DNA of 62,400 nt, counting the filler. It is 5 parts of 5 records of this genome, joined end to end, with 100 filler letters (N's around TTAATTAATTAA, not from the genome) between each part and the next. Parts side by side here need not be neighbours in the genome. Positions count along the whole stretch, not along the records: positions 11,516 to 30,296 come from SRR20825010_3693; positions 30,397 to 45,164 come from SRR20825010_3698; 3 more parts are not named here. The stretch is one strand, 5' to 3'. Positions 26,078 through 37,450 of this stretch are shown here, in pieces (the first letter of the stretch is position 1; every line of letters starts with the position of its first letter). The notes below the pieces were generated by a model that did not search any database, was not told the origin of the DNA, and saw only the letters and a program-made list of their open reading frames with translations. A program made the position numbers and the translations under genes.

Positions 26078-28824
26078 GGCGTTTCCTTCGTGGTGTCGGA
26101 TTCTTCGGTGACTTCAGTGCCCGCGGATTCTTCTTCGCTTTTCTTCTTGGTTTCTTTTGCTTTGTTGGCCGTCTGTTCTTCCAGCGTGGTGGTTCGACTG
26201 CGGAAGTCGTCCATCAAGTTTTCGTCGGGTTGAGGCGTGGGGACGGCCGGGTATTCCAAATGTGCCAGCACGATGGTGTCCGCCTCGACTTGGTTGCAGA
26301 CCGGTTGAATTTCCAAACCGCCCCATGCCGGACTCTCGTCGGCGTCCGCCTGATCGAGTGGGACCTTTGCGAGTCGACCTAGCAGCCGTGTTGTGCCAGG
26401 TCCGATGTAGGTACTGTTGAGAATTCTTCGCATGCATTGTCGCACACCCGAATCAACGTCTTCTGGAACTCTCACTTGGTCCGCGGACTGATACGAAATT
26501 TTGGGATTCTCTCCCGGAGCGACAGTGCCGAGTACCGCGATTTCGGTCTTCGATGTGTCACTTGATCCGGTGGGTTGGCGAATGACGTAAACGTCCGTCA
26601 GGTCCAAATTGGAATCGTTGCGAAGCGTGCTGCCGTCTAGAGACAAAGAAATTTGCCCGCCGACCGGAACCATCTGCTCAACGTGAACGGAACCATAGGA
26701 GTTACTGCCAACCGCGATTCCGTCGAGCCGGGGGCCTGCATCAAAACCAAGTTGCAATGTCAGGCCATTGGAGCCGAACATGGCTTCGTTGCGTGAGTCA
26801 GTTCGTCGAGACGCGAGCATCGTGATCGCCGCATCAGGGTTTTCAAACTGGACCGAATAGTTGCTGGCGAGTGAGTTGTACAACGCGATCGCGCGAGTCA
26901 GGTGACCTCGATCGTGGTCGCGTGGGATTTCCAAGAACGCCAGTTCGTTGCGGCTGCGGGCAAAGCCCATGTCGAGTTGAGCCGCTCGCGCGACCATGAA
27001 TGCGCCCACCAATGCGATTGGAATCATTGCCAACCAAGCCCACTCAAGACGTCCCATCCAACGGAAAACGGCGTAGTTGAGCGGGATGAGAACGATCAGA
27101 TAGATCAGCAAGCTTTTTACGACCAGTGACGAATCGGGGATCGTGACACCGATGCGTTCTTGCAGCGAATTGCGAAAGGACAACATCAAAGCGCTGTCGT
27201 CTTTCCAGCCGCCGACACCACTGACTGGATGCTGCATCACCTCTTCGTCCAGACGGTTTCGGTAGTCTTTGTCGGAACGAGCCAGACTCGTTCTGGAGCG
27301 TCCTGATCCAACCGACGCTTCATCGCCGTTCGGTTCGTCGGATGCATCTTTGACTTCGTTGAGGTTTGGAAGCTTGCCCAATCGCATGTCTCGAGCGAAA
27401 AGGCGGAAGCCGGAATTGATTGTTGGCGGAGCATCTTCAATTGTCATGCCCACCAGGTTTTGCTGAACCATCGGTTGATCGATGATCGCGGCCATCTCTT
27501 CTTCTGAAACGGTATCGATTTCATCTTCGCTCAGAAAAGGCTGCGGCATGGACGCGGGAGTCCCTTCGAGTTTTTGGCATACACGTGGCGGTCGACTCAG
27601 GACGACGCTGTTGAAGAAGCTGTCGTAGGATTTCCAAGCCGTCATCCATTCGCTCAGTAGGTCCATGCGGCTTTGCACGATTCGTCCGCGACCGATTCTC
27701 CGTTGGTATACCAAGTCGCCGGTGCCCAATGAGGTTGCGTCGGCGGTGGGTTGGCCGGCCACCGAGACCGTGCTGTTGTCACCTGACAATCTCGCTTCGA
27801 TCGCGGGAATGGATTCGTCGGTCTGGACCCGGTGTGATTTCAAAAACGCGATCGCGTTATCGCCGTTGAGTTCTTCGTTCCCGTCAGCTTGAATCGGCAA
27901 CAACGATTTCAATTTTGGATCGTCGATCGCGTCCGCTCCCGAGGGGCCGTTGACGATCAGCGTGCCGCCAAAATGCAACCAGTCGACGATGGCGTTTCGC
28001 TGGCCGGGCGTCAGTGCTGATGATGTCAGGTCGTCCCAAAAAAGGACCGCGGTGGATGTCCAATCCAGCATCGTTTCGGATAGGGGTAGGACACCTTTTG
28101 TTGGCGGGATGACGATGCGGTAGTTTTCTCGTGGTCGATAAAACTCGTTGGTCGCCCTCATCGGCTCGACCCAGTCCGCCGTCTGCAGTCGGGTGAAACG
28201 TTCGGATCGTTCGGTGAGCACCACAAAGAAAAACGATTGTGGTTGCAACGCTGCGAATTTGCTTGGTCGCAGCGGCACGGCGGCGCCGGTTCGTGATGAG
28301 ACAAAGTCGCCATCAAACTCGAGGCCTTCGATCAATCTGCCGCCCGCCTCCGACGCTAAGGCTCGGGTTTCCAATTCGCGGCGCTGGCCCTTTGGCAGAA
28401 CTGCCGGTCGTCGGACTCGAAAGGATTTGCCAACCGTTCTCGAGGATGCGTCAGCGATCTTGGCATCCAATTCGAAGCGTTCGACTTGGTCGGCCAACGC
28501 GTTGAGTGGGCGAACGATTTTAGTGTCGGTGACGATTGCACCGCGTTCGTCTTCGCGGTTGCTTTTCAGCGTCACTCCCGCGGCAAACCAGTGCCCCGGT
28601 TTGACGGCTCCGTCCGTGGCACCTTTGGTTCCCGCATCGGCACGTGTGGCGGGGAACGCTTTGGCTGGGCCGATAGTGAATGGCGGCAATTTCTGCTGCG
28701 CGACTTCTTCCTTCAGGTCCGTTTCTTCGGTTTGGCGACAACCATCGCAGCCGACGAGCAACGGAACAAGCATCAACCACGCAAACCACAGCCATGGGTT
28801 AGGAGGCGACGCTGCATTCATCAT
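26074..28824 (-). CDS. Large exported/membrane hypothetical protein coupled to the ABC ATPase
   Basis: 916-aa ORF with lipoprotein-like N-terminus (LLVGC) and two internal TM helices; ATGA overlap with the ATPase gene. Confidence 0.8.
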   Translation of the reverse strand: MMNAASPPNPWLWFAWLMLVPLLVGCDGCRQTEETDLKEEVAQQKLPPFTIGPAKAFPATRADAGTKGATDGAVKPGHWFAAGVTLKSNREDERGAIVTDTKIVRPLNALADQVERFELDAKIADASSRTVGKSFRVRRPAVLPKGQRRELETRALASEAGGRLIEGLEFDGDFVSSRTGAAVPLRPSKFAALQPQSFFFVVLTERSERFTRLQTADWVEPMRATNEFYRPRENYRIVIPPTKGVLPLSETMLDWTSTAVLFWDDLTSSALTPGQRNAIVDWLHFGGTLIVNGPSGADAIDDPKLKSLLPIQADGNEELNGDNAIAFLKSHRVQTDESIPAIEARLSGDNSTVSVAGQPTADATSLGTGDLVYQRRIGRGRIVQSRMDLLSEWMTAWKSYDSFFNSVVLSRPPRVCQKLEGTPASMPQPFLSEDEIDTVSEEEMAAIIDQPMVQQNLVGMTIEDAPPTINSGFRLFARDMRLGKLPNLNEVKDASDEPNGDEASVGSGRSRTSLARSDKDYRNRLDEEVMQHPVSGVGGWKDDSALMLSFRNSLQERIGVTIPDSSLVVKSLLIYLIVLIPLNYAVFRWMGRLEWAWLAMIPIALVGAFMVARAAQLDMGFARSRNELAFLEIPRDHDRGHLTRAIALYNSLASNYSVQFENPDAAITMLASRRTDSRNEAMFGSNGLTLQLGFDAGPRLDGIAVGSNSYGSVHVEQMVPVGGQISLSLDGSTLRNDSNLDLTDVYVIRQPTGSSDTSKTEIAVLGTVAPGENPKISYQSADQVRVPEDVDSGVRQCMRRILNSTYIGPGTTRLLGRLAKVPLDQADADESPAWGGLEIQPVCNQVEADTIVLAHLEYPAVPTPQPDENLMDDFRSRTTTLEEQTANKAKETKKKSEEESAGTEVTEESDTTKETP

Positions 28825-28874
28825 GGAATCTCAATCTGGAAGTGATGGAAGCGGTGAGGACTCGGCGGTGTCCA

Positions 28875-29201
28875 CTACCATCCCATTACCATATTGGATT
28901 CGATCGCGATGCGTGCTTGTTCGAGGTCGCAACCCGTTTCCATTCGGTACAAACGAATCGCGTTGACTTTGTCGCCGGCCGATTTGCTGAGGCATTCGCG
29001 AGCGGTCATGCACGGGTCGAGCGTGCGATCGGTCAGGCCGAGAGCACCTTTGCTGATCACCCAAGAATCGCGAGGGCGTTTGGTCAAACGCATCAATTCA
29101 TCTTCGGGGTACGCGTCGTCGACGACTTCGCGAGCGTCGTCTTCGTTTTCGGCCCAAGTGATGATGATGTGGGCGTCCGTTTCGATTTCAAACAAAGGCA
29201 T
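28875..29201 (-). CDS. Small hypothetical protein with an L7/L12-CTD-like C-terminal motif
   Basis: 108-aa ORF co-oriented with the operon; GDKVNAIRLYRMETGCDLEQARIAIE. Confidence 0.75.
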   Translation of the reverse strand: MPLFEIETDAHIIITWAENEDDAREVVDDAYPEDELMRLTKRPRDSWVISKGALGLTDRTLDPCMTARECLSKSAGDKVNAIRLYRMETGCDLEQARIAIESNMVMGW

Positions 29202-29380
29202 GGTGGAAACGTTCGTTGGAGGAAGAAGAGCCGCGACGCAGCATGCGCTTGCTGGTCCTACATCCTAGTCCACGCCGCCACCGGGCTGTAGGTCCTTGGG
29301 CCGTTTTGCTTCTCGGCACCGTCGAGGGCTGATAGAGTGGTCGCAGTGTTGAATTTTCTATCTGCAACCAAGGATTTGCG

Positions 29381-30199
29381 ATGAAGTGCCGGTGTCTGCC
29401 CGATCGGAATTTTCATTTGATCGGTGCCGTGATTTGGACCGCGAGCGTTTGGATGTGCTGCCTTTTGAATGCCGCAGACAACGTTGGAACCGCTACGGAG
29501 GGTGCTCCATCAGCCGAGCAATCCGATGCTGCCGCAGATTTTGTGGAGCTGTTTGATGGCAAATCCTTCGATGGTTGGGAGCACAGCGGGAATTGGCGAA
29601 TCGAAGATGGGGCGTTTTTCCGTGCCGCTGGCGGAGGTTCCCTGACATACAAACGCACGCTCGTCCCGGATGACTTTGAGCTTCGGTTCGAATGGAAGGT
29701 GTCCGACGGGTGCAACAGCGGCGTCTACTACAGGCCTGGTCAAGTCGAGTATCAGGTGCTCGACAACGTGGGCAGCCCGTACGGAGAAAACCCGCGGCAA
29801 TCAGCGGCCTCGTTGTTCTTTTGTATGGCACCGTGCAAAGATGCAACGCGACGCGTGGGGGAGTGGAATTCCGGAAGAGTGGTCTGCAAAGGGACGGTGA
29901 TTCAGCATTGGCTCAATGGTCAAAAGGTCCTGGACTTTGACTACACCGATCCAAAGTGGGCCGAGATGGTGAGGCTGTTAACAATTCGGGGCGGAGACCT
30001 CACGGGGCGTGGTGGCGAGCTGTGGCTGCAGGATCATGGCCAGCCGGTTTGGTATCGCAATTTGCGGTGGCGAGAAATTCCAGATGAAGAAAGTCTGAAG
30101 CCGTCACCGAATTTTGAGCCGATGGCGATCCCGCCAGCAGCATTGGCCAAAGAGCAGAAGCGAGTGCAGGCGATGCTCAAAAAGCCTGAGTCGAAGTGA
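29381..30199 (+). CDS. DUF1080 / 3-keto-disaccharide hydrolase family protein
   Basis: LFDGKSFDGW, DFELRFEWK, NSGVYY, EYQVLD, GEWN, LQDHGQPVWYRN. Confidence 0.9.
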   Translation: MKCRCLPDRNFHLIGAVIWTASVWMCCLLNAADNVGTATEGAPSAEQSDAAADFVELFDGKSFDGWEHSGNWRIEDGAFFRAAGGGSLTYKRTLVPDDFELRFEWKVSDGCNSGVYYRPGQVEYQVLDNVGSPYGENPRQSAASLFFCMAPCKDATRRVGEWNSGRVVCKGTVIQHWLNGQKVLDFDYTDPKWAEMVRLLTIRGGDLTGRGGELWLQDHGQPVWYRNLRWREIPDEESLKPSPNFEPMAIPPAALAKEQKRVQAMLKKPESK

Positions 30200-30296
30200 G
30201 TTCGATGGCTGTGAGTCAGTCTTTTCTAGTTCTGGGGCAGGGCAATCCGCGCCGCTTCCCATGCTTGGCCCTCACCCTCGCGTACGCCTGAACGGC

Positions 30297-30396
30297 NNNN
30301 NNNNNNNNNNNNNNNNNNNNNNNNNNNNNNNNNNNNNNNNTTAATTAATTAANNNNNNNNNNNNNNNNNNNNNNNNNNNNNNNNNNNNNNNNNNNN
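30297..30396. other. Artificial contig spacer
   Basis: N-run with a central TTAATTAATTAA. Confidence 0.99.
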
Positions 30397-30397
30397 G

Positions 30398-31972
30398 GTC
30401 GACCTGCTCTGGTTCGGCGGCATCGGCACCTATATCAAGGAAAGCGGTGAGACCAGCGCCGACGCGGGCGACCGGGCGAACGATGCACTGCGCATCGACG
30501 CCCATGAAATCGGCGCGAAAGTCATCGGTGAAGGCGCCAATCTCGGCGTCACCCAGCGCGCCCGTATCGAATACGCACTCGCTGGCGGACGGATCAACAC
30601 TGACGCCATCGACAATTCAGCCGGCGTCGATTGCTCGGACCACGAAGTCAATATCAAGGTCCTGCTCGGCGGGGTCGTCGCGGATGGCGATATGACCCGC
30701 AAACAGCGGGACAAGCTGCTTGAGGAAATGACCGACGAGGTCGCGACCCTGGTTCTTAAGGACAATTACGACCAGAGCCAGGCCCTGACCATGGCTGTCA
30801 CCGAAGGCACCGCCCTGCTCGACGCCGAAGCCCGGCTGATCCGGGAGCTGGAACGCAGCCATCTGAAGCTGAACCGGGCGGTCGAATTCCTGCCGGACGA
30901 CGAGACGCTTGCCGAACGCATGGCCGACGGACTTGGTCTGACCCGCCCCGAGCTGGCGGTGCTGCTCGCCTATGCGAAGATGGAACTGTATGATGAAATC
31001 CTGCCGTCGGATCTGCCCGATGATCCAATGCTGGGGGAAGACCTGATCCGGTACTTCCCGGCTCGCCTGCACGGCAAGATGAATGACGCCATCCGCAGCC
31101 ACCGGCTGAAACGCGAGATCATCGCGACCTATATCGCCAACAGCATGATCAACCGGGTGGGTGCCACTTTCGTCAACGCGGTGCGCGAGCAGACCGGTGA
31201 TACCTCGCCGGATATTGCCCGCGCCTATATCGTCGCCCGCGATGTCTTCGGCATCCGTAACCTCTGGTCAGCGGTCGAGGATCTGGACAACAAGGTTCCC
31301 GCCGCAGTGCAGACGGAAATGCTGCAGGACATCAAGCATCTGGTGGAACGGGCCACGGTCTGGTTTCTGCGCAATGAGCGCAGGCCACTCGACCTGCGGG
31401 CCCTGACCGGCACCTATCTCGACGGCGTGACCGAGTTGACCTCCGCGCTCGACAAGGTGCTGACCGACTCCCACCGCAAGGCCGTGCAGAAGAAAGCAGC
31501 CAAGCATGAGGCTGCGGGCGTGCCGAAGGAACTGGCGCGCGGCGTCGCCAGTGCCGACATCCTGATTTCGGGCTGCGATATCGTCCGGCTGTCCGGCCAG
31601 ACCGGGGAAAGCGTTCTTCGGGTGGCGGAAGTCTATTTCGCGGTCGGGCATGAATTCTCGCTCGACTGGCTGCGGGAGCGGGCGGATCATGTTGTTGCTG
31701 AGTCCCACTGGCAGAAGATGGCCGTTGCCGCCATCGTCGACGATTTCTACAGCCACCAGTTCCAGCTCTCCCAGAACGTGCTGGCCGAACGCAGCAATGG
31801 AAAGAGCAAGAAAGCCGCCGCCGGAGCCTTGATCGAGAAATGGGAAGGCACGCGCAGCGACGCATCATCCCGGATGGACCGGCTGTTGTCGGACTTGCGG
31901 GCAGCAGATGGTATCGATCTTTCCATGCTGGCCGTGGCGAACGGCCAGTTCCGCTCGTTGCTCGCACACTAG
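30398..31972 (+). CDS. gdhB: Large NAD-specific glutamate dehydrogenase, C-terminal part (5' partial)
   Basis: The frame is open from the contig edge: VDLLWFGGIGTYIK, GDRANDALRI, GEGANLGVTQ, INTDAIDNSAGVDCSDHEVNIK, LTRPELAVLLAY. Confidence 0.95.
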   Translation, partial: VDLLWFGGIGTYIKESGETSADAGDRANDALRIDAHEIGAKVIGEGANLGVTQRARIEYALAGGRINTDAIDNSAGVDCSDHEVNIKVLLGGVVADGDMTRKQRDKLLEEMTDEVATLVLKDNYDQSQALTMAVTEGTALLDAEARLIRELERSHLKLNRAVEFLPDDETLAERMADGLGLTRPELAVLLAYAKMELYDEILPSDLPDDPMLGEDLIRYFPARLHGKMNDAIRSHRLKREIIATYIANSMINRVGATFVNAVREQTGDTSPDIARAYIVARDVFGIRNLWSAVEDLDNKVPAAVQTEMLQDIKHLVERATVWFLRNERRPLDLRALTGTYLDGVTELTSALDKVLTDSHRKAVQKKAAKHEAAGVPKELARGVASADILISGCDIVRLSGQTGESVLRVAEVYFAVGHEFSLDWLRERADHVVAESHWQKMAVAAIVDDFYSHQFQLSQNVLAERSNGKSKKAAAGALIEKWEGTRSDASSRMDRLLSDLRAADGIDLSMLAVANGQFRSLLAH

Positions 31973-31991
31973 AAAAGGCGGGTCAATTTTC

Positions 31992-34422
<2,431 letters not shown>

Positions 34423-34437
<15 letters not shown>

Positions 34438-34470
34438 AAATACTTACAAGACGAACACAAGATCTTGTGT
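34423..34470. promoter_or_regulatory. Tandem NrdR-box-like sites upstream of ccrM
   Basis: TTACTAAATAGAGTCA (34423-34438) and the perfect palindrome ACACAAGATCTTGTGT (34455-34470); starts 32 bp apart; compared with consensus acaCwAtATaTwGtgt. Confidence 0.6.
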
Positions 34471-34492
34471 GAAGTAGAGCACCCGCCTCAGG

Positions 34493-35146
34493 TCACGGTG
34501 TGCCGGTACCGGCGAAAAGTGCTTCGCGGACCGGCCGGAAGGACCGCCGGTGATGATCCGTGACACCAAGCGCGGCGATGCCCGCCAGATGCTCGGCCGT
34601 GCCGTATCCGGCATTGCGCTCCCAGCCATATCCCGGATGGGCCTCTGCCAGAACACACATCGCATTGTCCCGGTGCACCTTGGCGATGATCGAAGCGGCG
34701 GCGATGCTGAGAGACTTCATGTCACCCTTCACCACCGCCTGCGCGGGAACGGGAAGCGGCGGCAGGCGGTTACCGTCGATCAGGTACAGATCGGGCGCCC
34801 TATCGAGGCGGCTGGACAGGGCCGCCGCCGCGCGCGCCATCGCGAGGTAGGTTGCCTGCAGGATATTGATCCGGTCTATCTCCTCGACCTCCGCCACCCC
34901 GATACCATGGGGGACAAGGCCAACAAGCGCCCCGGCAATAAGCTCCCGCTTGGCGGCGCTCAGCTTCTTGGAGTCGGTAACGTCCTTCAGAAGCGGACCG
35001 GCATGCAGGGCAAACGGAATATGTACCGCCGCCGCCATCACCGGCCCCGCAAGCGGCCCGCGCCCAACCTCGTCAATGCCGACAATCACAGCACCCTGTG
35101 CGGCACCGGCATCCATTTCCAAGCTGAAATCAGACAAATAACTCAT
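34493..35146 (-). CDS. rnhB: Ribonuclease HII
   Basis: GIDEVGRGPLAGPV, DSKKLS, EIDRINILQA, IDGN, SIAAASIIAKV, HRRSF. Confidence 0.97.
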   Translation of the reverse strand: MSYLSDFSLEMDAGAAQGAVIVGIDEVGRGPLAGPVMAAAVHIPFALHAGPLLKDVTDSKKLSAAKRELIAGALVGLVPHGIGVAEVEEIDRINILQATYLAMARAAAALSSRLDRAPDLYLIDGNRLPPLPVPAQAVVKGDMKSLSIAAASIIAKVHRDNAMCVLAEAHPGYGWERNAGYGTAEHLAGIAALGVTDHHRRSFRPVREALFAGTGTP

Positions 35147-35420
35147 TCCTGAGGTGCAAAATCACGGTCCAACCCTACCCGAAATATCTTTTAATACCAA
35201 TCCACTACACGGTCATTCCGGAAAAGTAAGCATCGGAATGACCGCGTTTTTGCACCTGGCCCTACGAAATAGTCCTCCCCGGCGCTACACCTAGCTACCA
35301 ACACAGGAAGAGCCACGAAATATTGTATCCATGACATGGTTCTGCTTGCAGCGGCGCCTCCATATAACGACCTAATCCAGCCGAAAGCCCGACAGTGGGC
35401 GCTGCTACAGGGTTGCTGCA

Positions 35421-36020
35421 ATGTTTGAAGACTGGATCGCAGGGTTTGCCATTTTCGCCCTGACCCTCAGCCTGACGCCAGGGCCAAACAACACGCTGTT
35501 CACGACGTCCGGGGTCAATTTCGGCATCGCGCGGACTGTCCCGCACATCCTCGGCGTTGCCGTTGGCTTCCCAGCAATGCTGGCCGCCGTGGCGCTTGGC
35601 CTCTGGTCGCTGCTAAGCGCCGTTCCAGGGTTGCTGGAAGTCTTGCATTACATTTCCATCACCATCCTCATCTACCTCGCCTGGAAAATCGCCGGCGGCT
35701 CCGCCGGGAAAGTCGGCCGGCCGGAGCGTCCGATGCGGTTCTATGAAGCCGCCGCCTTCCAGTGGGTGAACCCCAAGGCCTGGCTGATCTCGGCCAGCGC
35801 CATGACCACCTTCAGCGGCGTTGCGGCCGATGGCTCGCCGGACATCACCGCCCGGCTGCCGGTCATGTGTGCGCTGTTCTTCGCTGTCGTCATTCTTTCC
35901 GGCTTCACCTGGGCCGGGATCGGCGCCGGTCTTTCCCGCTGGCTGCAGGACGGCATCCGGCTCAGGGTCGCGAATATCGTGCTCGCCCTGCTGCTGCTCT
36001 CCTCCCTGTTTCTGGCCTGA
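35421..36020 (+). CDS. LysE/RhtB-family translocator
   Basis: LTPGPNN, FQWVNPKAW, hydrophobic helices. Confidence 0.92.
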   Translation: MFEDWIAGFAIFALTLSLTPGPNNTLFTTSGVNFGIARTVPHILGVAVGFPAMLAAVALGLWSLLSAVPGLLEVLHYISITILIYLAWKIAGGSAGKVGRPERPMRFYEAAAFQWVNPKAWLISASAMTTFSGVAADGSPDITARLPVMCALFFAVVILSGFTWAGIGAGLSRWLQDGIRLRVANIVLALLLLSSLFLA

Positions 36021-36024
36021 TGTC

Positions 36025-37170
36025 CTACAACAGGCTGAGCTGATCTCCGGCACGCGGCGGCACGGAGAAGCGGTCCATGCGCAGCCGCGGGAACGATCCG
36101 GACAAGCCCACCCGCTTTTTCGCGATCTCGAAGCGGCGGTGGATCAGGGCCGCATAGGGTCCGCTGCCGCGCATGCGCTCCCCCCACTCCGCCCGATAGA
36201 GCTCGCCATCTCGGGTCTGCCTGATCAGGGAATAGACCCGGTCCGCCCGGTCCGGAAAATGCTGCTCCAGCCATTCCCGGAACAGATCCTTGATCTCGTG
36301 CGGCAGCCTCAGAAGGATATGGCCGACACCGCGCGCCCCGGCTTCCGCCGACGCCTCCACCAGCGCCTCAATCTCTCCGTCATTGATCGCCGGAATAATC
36401 GGCGCCGCCAGTACGTGGACGGGAATGCCCGCCGATTTGAGCGCATGCACCGCATCCAGACGGCGTCCCGGCGTTGCCGCCCTTGGCTCCATGATGCGGG
36501 CAAGATGCCGGTCCAGCGTGGTGATGCTGATCCCCACCGAGACCAGCCCGCGTGCCGCCATCGGTGCCAGAATATCTATGTCGCGGCTGACCAGTACCGA
36601 TTTGGTGACAATGGAGAGCGGATGACCGAAATCGGACAGGACCTGAAGCACCTGACGGGTGATCCCGTACTCTTTCTCGATCGGCTGATAGGGGTCCGTA
36701 TTGGTTCCGAGCGCCATCACATCCGGCTTGTAGCCCGGCTTTCTCAGCGCAGCGTCGAGCAGCATCGCCGCATCCGGTTTCGCCAACAGCCTGGTTTCAA
36801 AATCGAGCCCCGGCGAATAACCGAGATAGGCATGGCTCGGCCGGGCAAAACAATAGATGCAGCCATGCTCGCAGCCGCGATAGGGGTTGATCGAACGATC
36901 GAACGGGATGTCGGGAGACTTGTTCCGGGCGATGATCGTGCGGGATGCATCGATCCCGACCTCGGTTTTGGGTTTGCCGTCCAGATCGGGGAAATCAGCG
37001 GACACATCCTGGAACGGATTATCGCCGGGCCAGTCCCCGATGACCCGCTGGCGCTGTTCCTGCTCAAACCGGCCGCTGACATTACTGACAGCACCGCGTC
37101 CCTTGTGCGGAGAGCGGTGAATGATGTCCGGGTCCAAATCATCCGGCGTATGAAAATCGGGATCGGCCAT
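36025..37170 (-). CDS. PA0069-family (spore photoproduct lyase-like) radical SAM protein
   Basis: KGRGA, SINPYRGCEHGCIYCFARP (CxxxCxxC), GTNTDPYQPIE, EPRA, C-terminal QLSLL (beta-clamp-binding-like motif). Confidence 0.93.
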   Translation of the reverse strand: MADPDFHTPDDLDPDIIHRSPHKGRGAVSNVSGRFEQEQRQRVIGDWPGDNPFQDVSADFPDLDGKPKTEVGIDASRTIIARNKSPDIPFDRSINPYRGCEHGCIYCFARPSHAYLGYSPGLDFETRLLAKPDAAMLLDAALRKPGYKPDVMALGTNTDPYQPIEKEYGITRQVLQVLSDFGHPLSIVTKSVLVSRDIDILAPMAARGLVSVGISITTLDRHLARIMEPRAATPGRRLDAVHALKSAGIPVHVLAAPIIPAINDGEIEALVEASAEAGARGVGHILLRLPHEIKDLFREWLEQHFPDRADRVYSLIRQTRDGELYRAEWGERMRGSGPYAALIHRRFEIAKKRVGLSGSFPRLRMDRFSVPPRAGDQLSLL

Positions 37171-37194
37171 GGCTGGATCGTAAACCCAGCAAAG

Positions 37195-37209
37195 GAACAA
37201 AACAAGAAC
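37195..37209 (-). promoter_or_regulatory. Alphaproteobacterial LexA (SOS) box
   Basis: GAAC-AAAACAA-GAAC on + (GTTC-N7-GTTC on the gene strand), 25 bp upstream of the radical SAM start. Confidence 0.85.
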
Positions 37210-37211
37210 AA

Positions 37212-37421
37212 TCAGGTTTCGGACGGCGGATCATCAGGTTCCATGCGATGCCGCTCAAGCTGCTCCACCGCCTTGTCCCGGCGCGCGGAAGCCGCTGCAT
37301 CCTCGGCTTGCTGTTCTTTTGTGCGTCCGAACTTCACCCTGTTGTCAGCCGCCTTCTCTTCAGCGGCCGCGCGGGTCTTGCGTTTGCGGGCCTGCCGCAG
37401 ATTGACGATCTTGCCACTCAT
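37212..37421 (-). CDS. DUF4169-family small basic protein
   Basis: MSGKIVNLRQARKRK...AADNRVKFGRTK; GGAGGAGG RBS. Confidence 0.85.
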   Translation of the reverse strand: MSGKIVNLRQARKRKTRAAAEEKAADNRVKFGRTKEQQAEDAAASARRDKAVEQLERHRMEPDDPPSET

Positions 37422-37450
37422 TGACCCTCCTCCCCGCGCTGCGCCGCAGC

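Noticed and set aside
30232-30296. Possible repeat at the end of contig 2
   Set aside because: It may be a genome repeat that caused the break, but there is no second copy in the window to support it.
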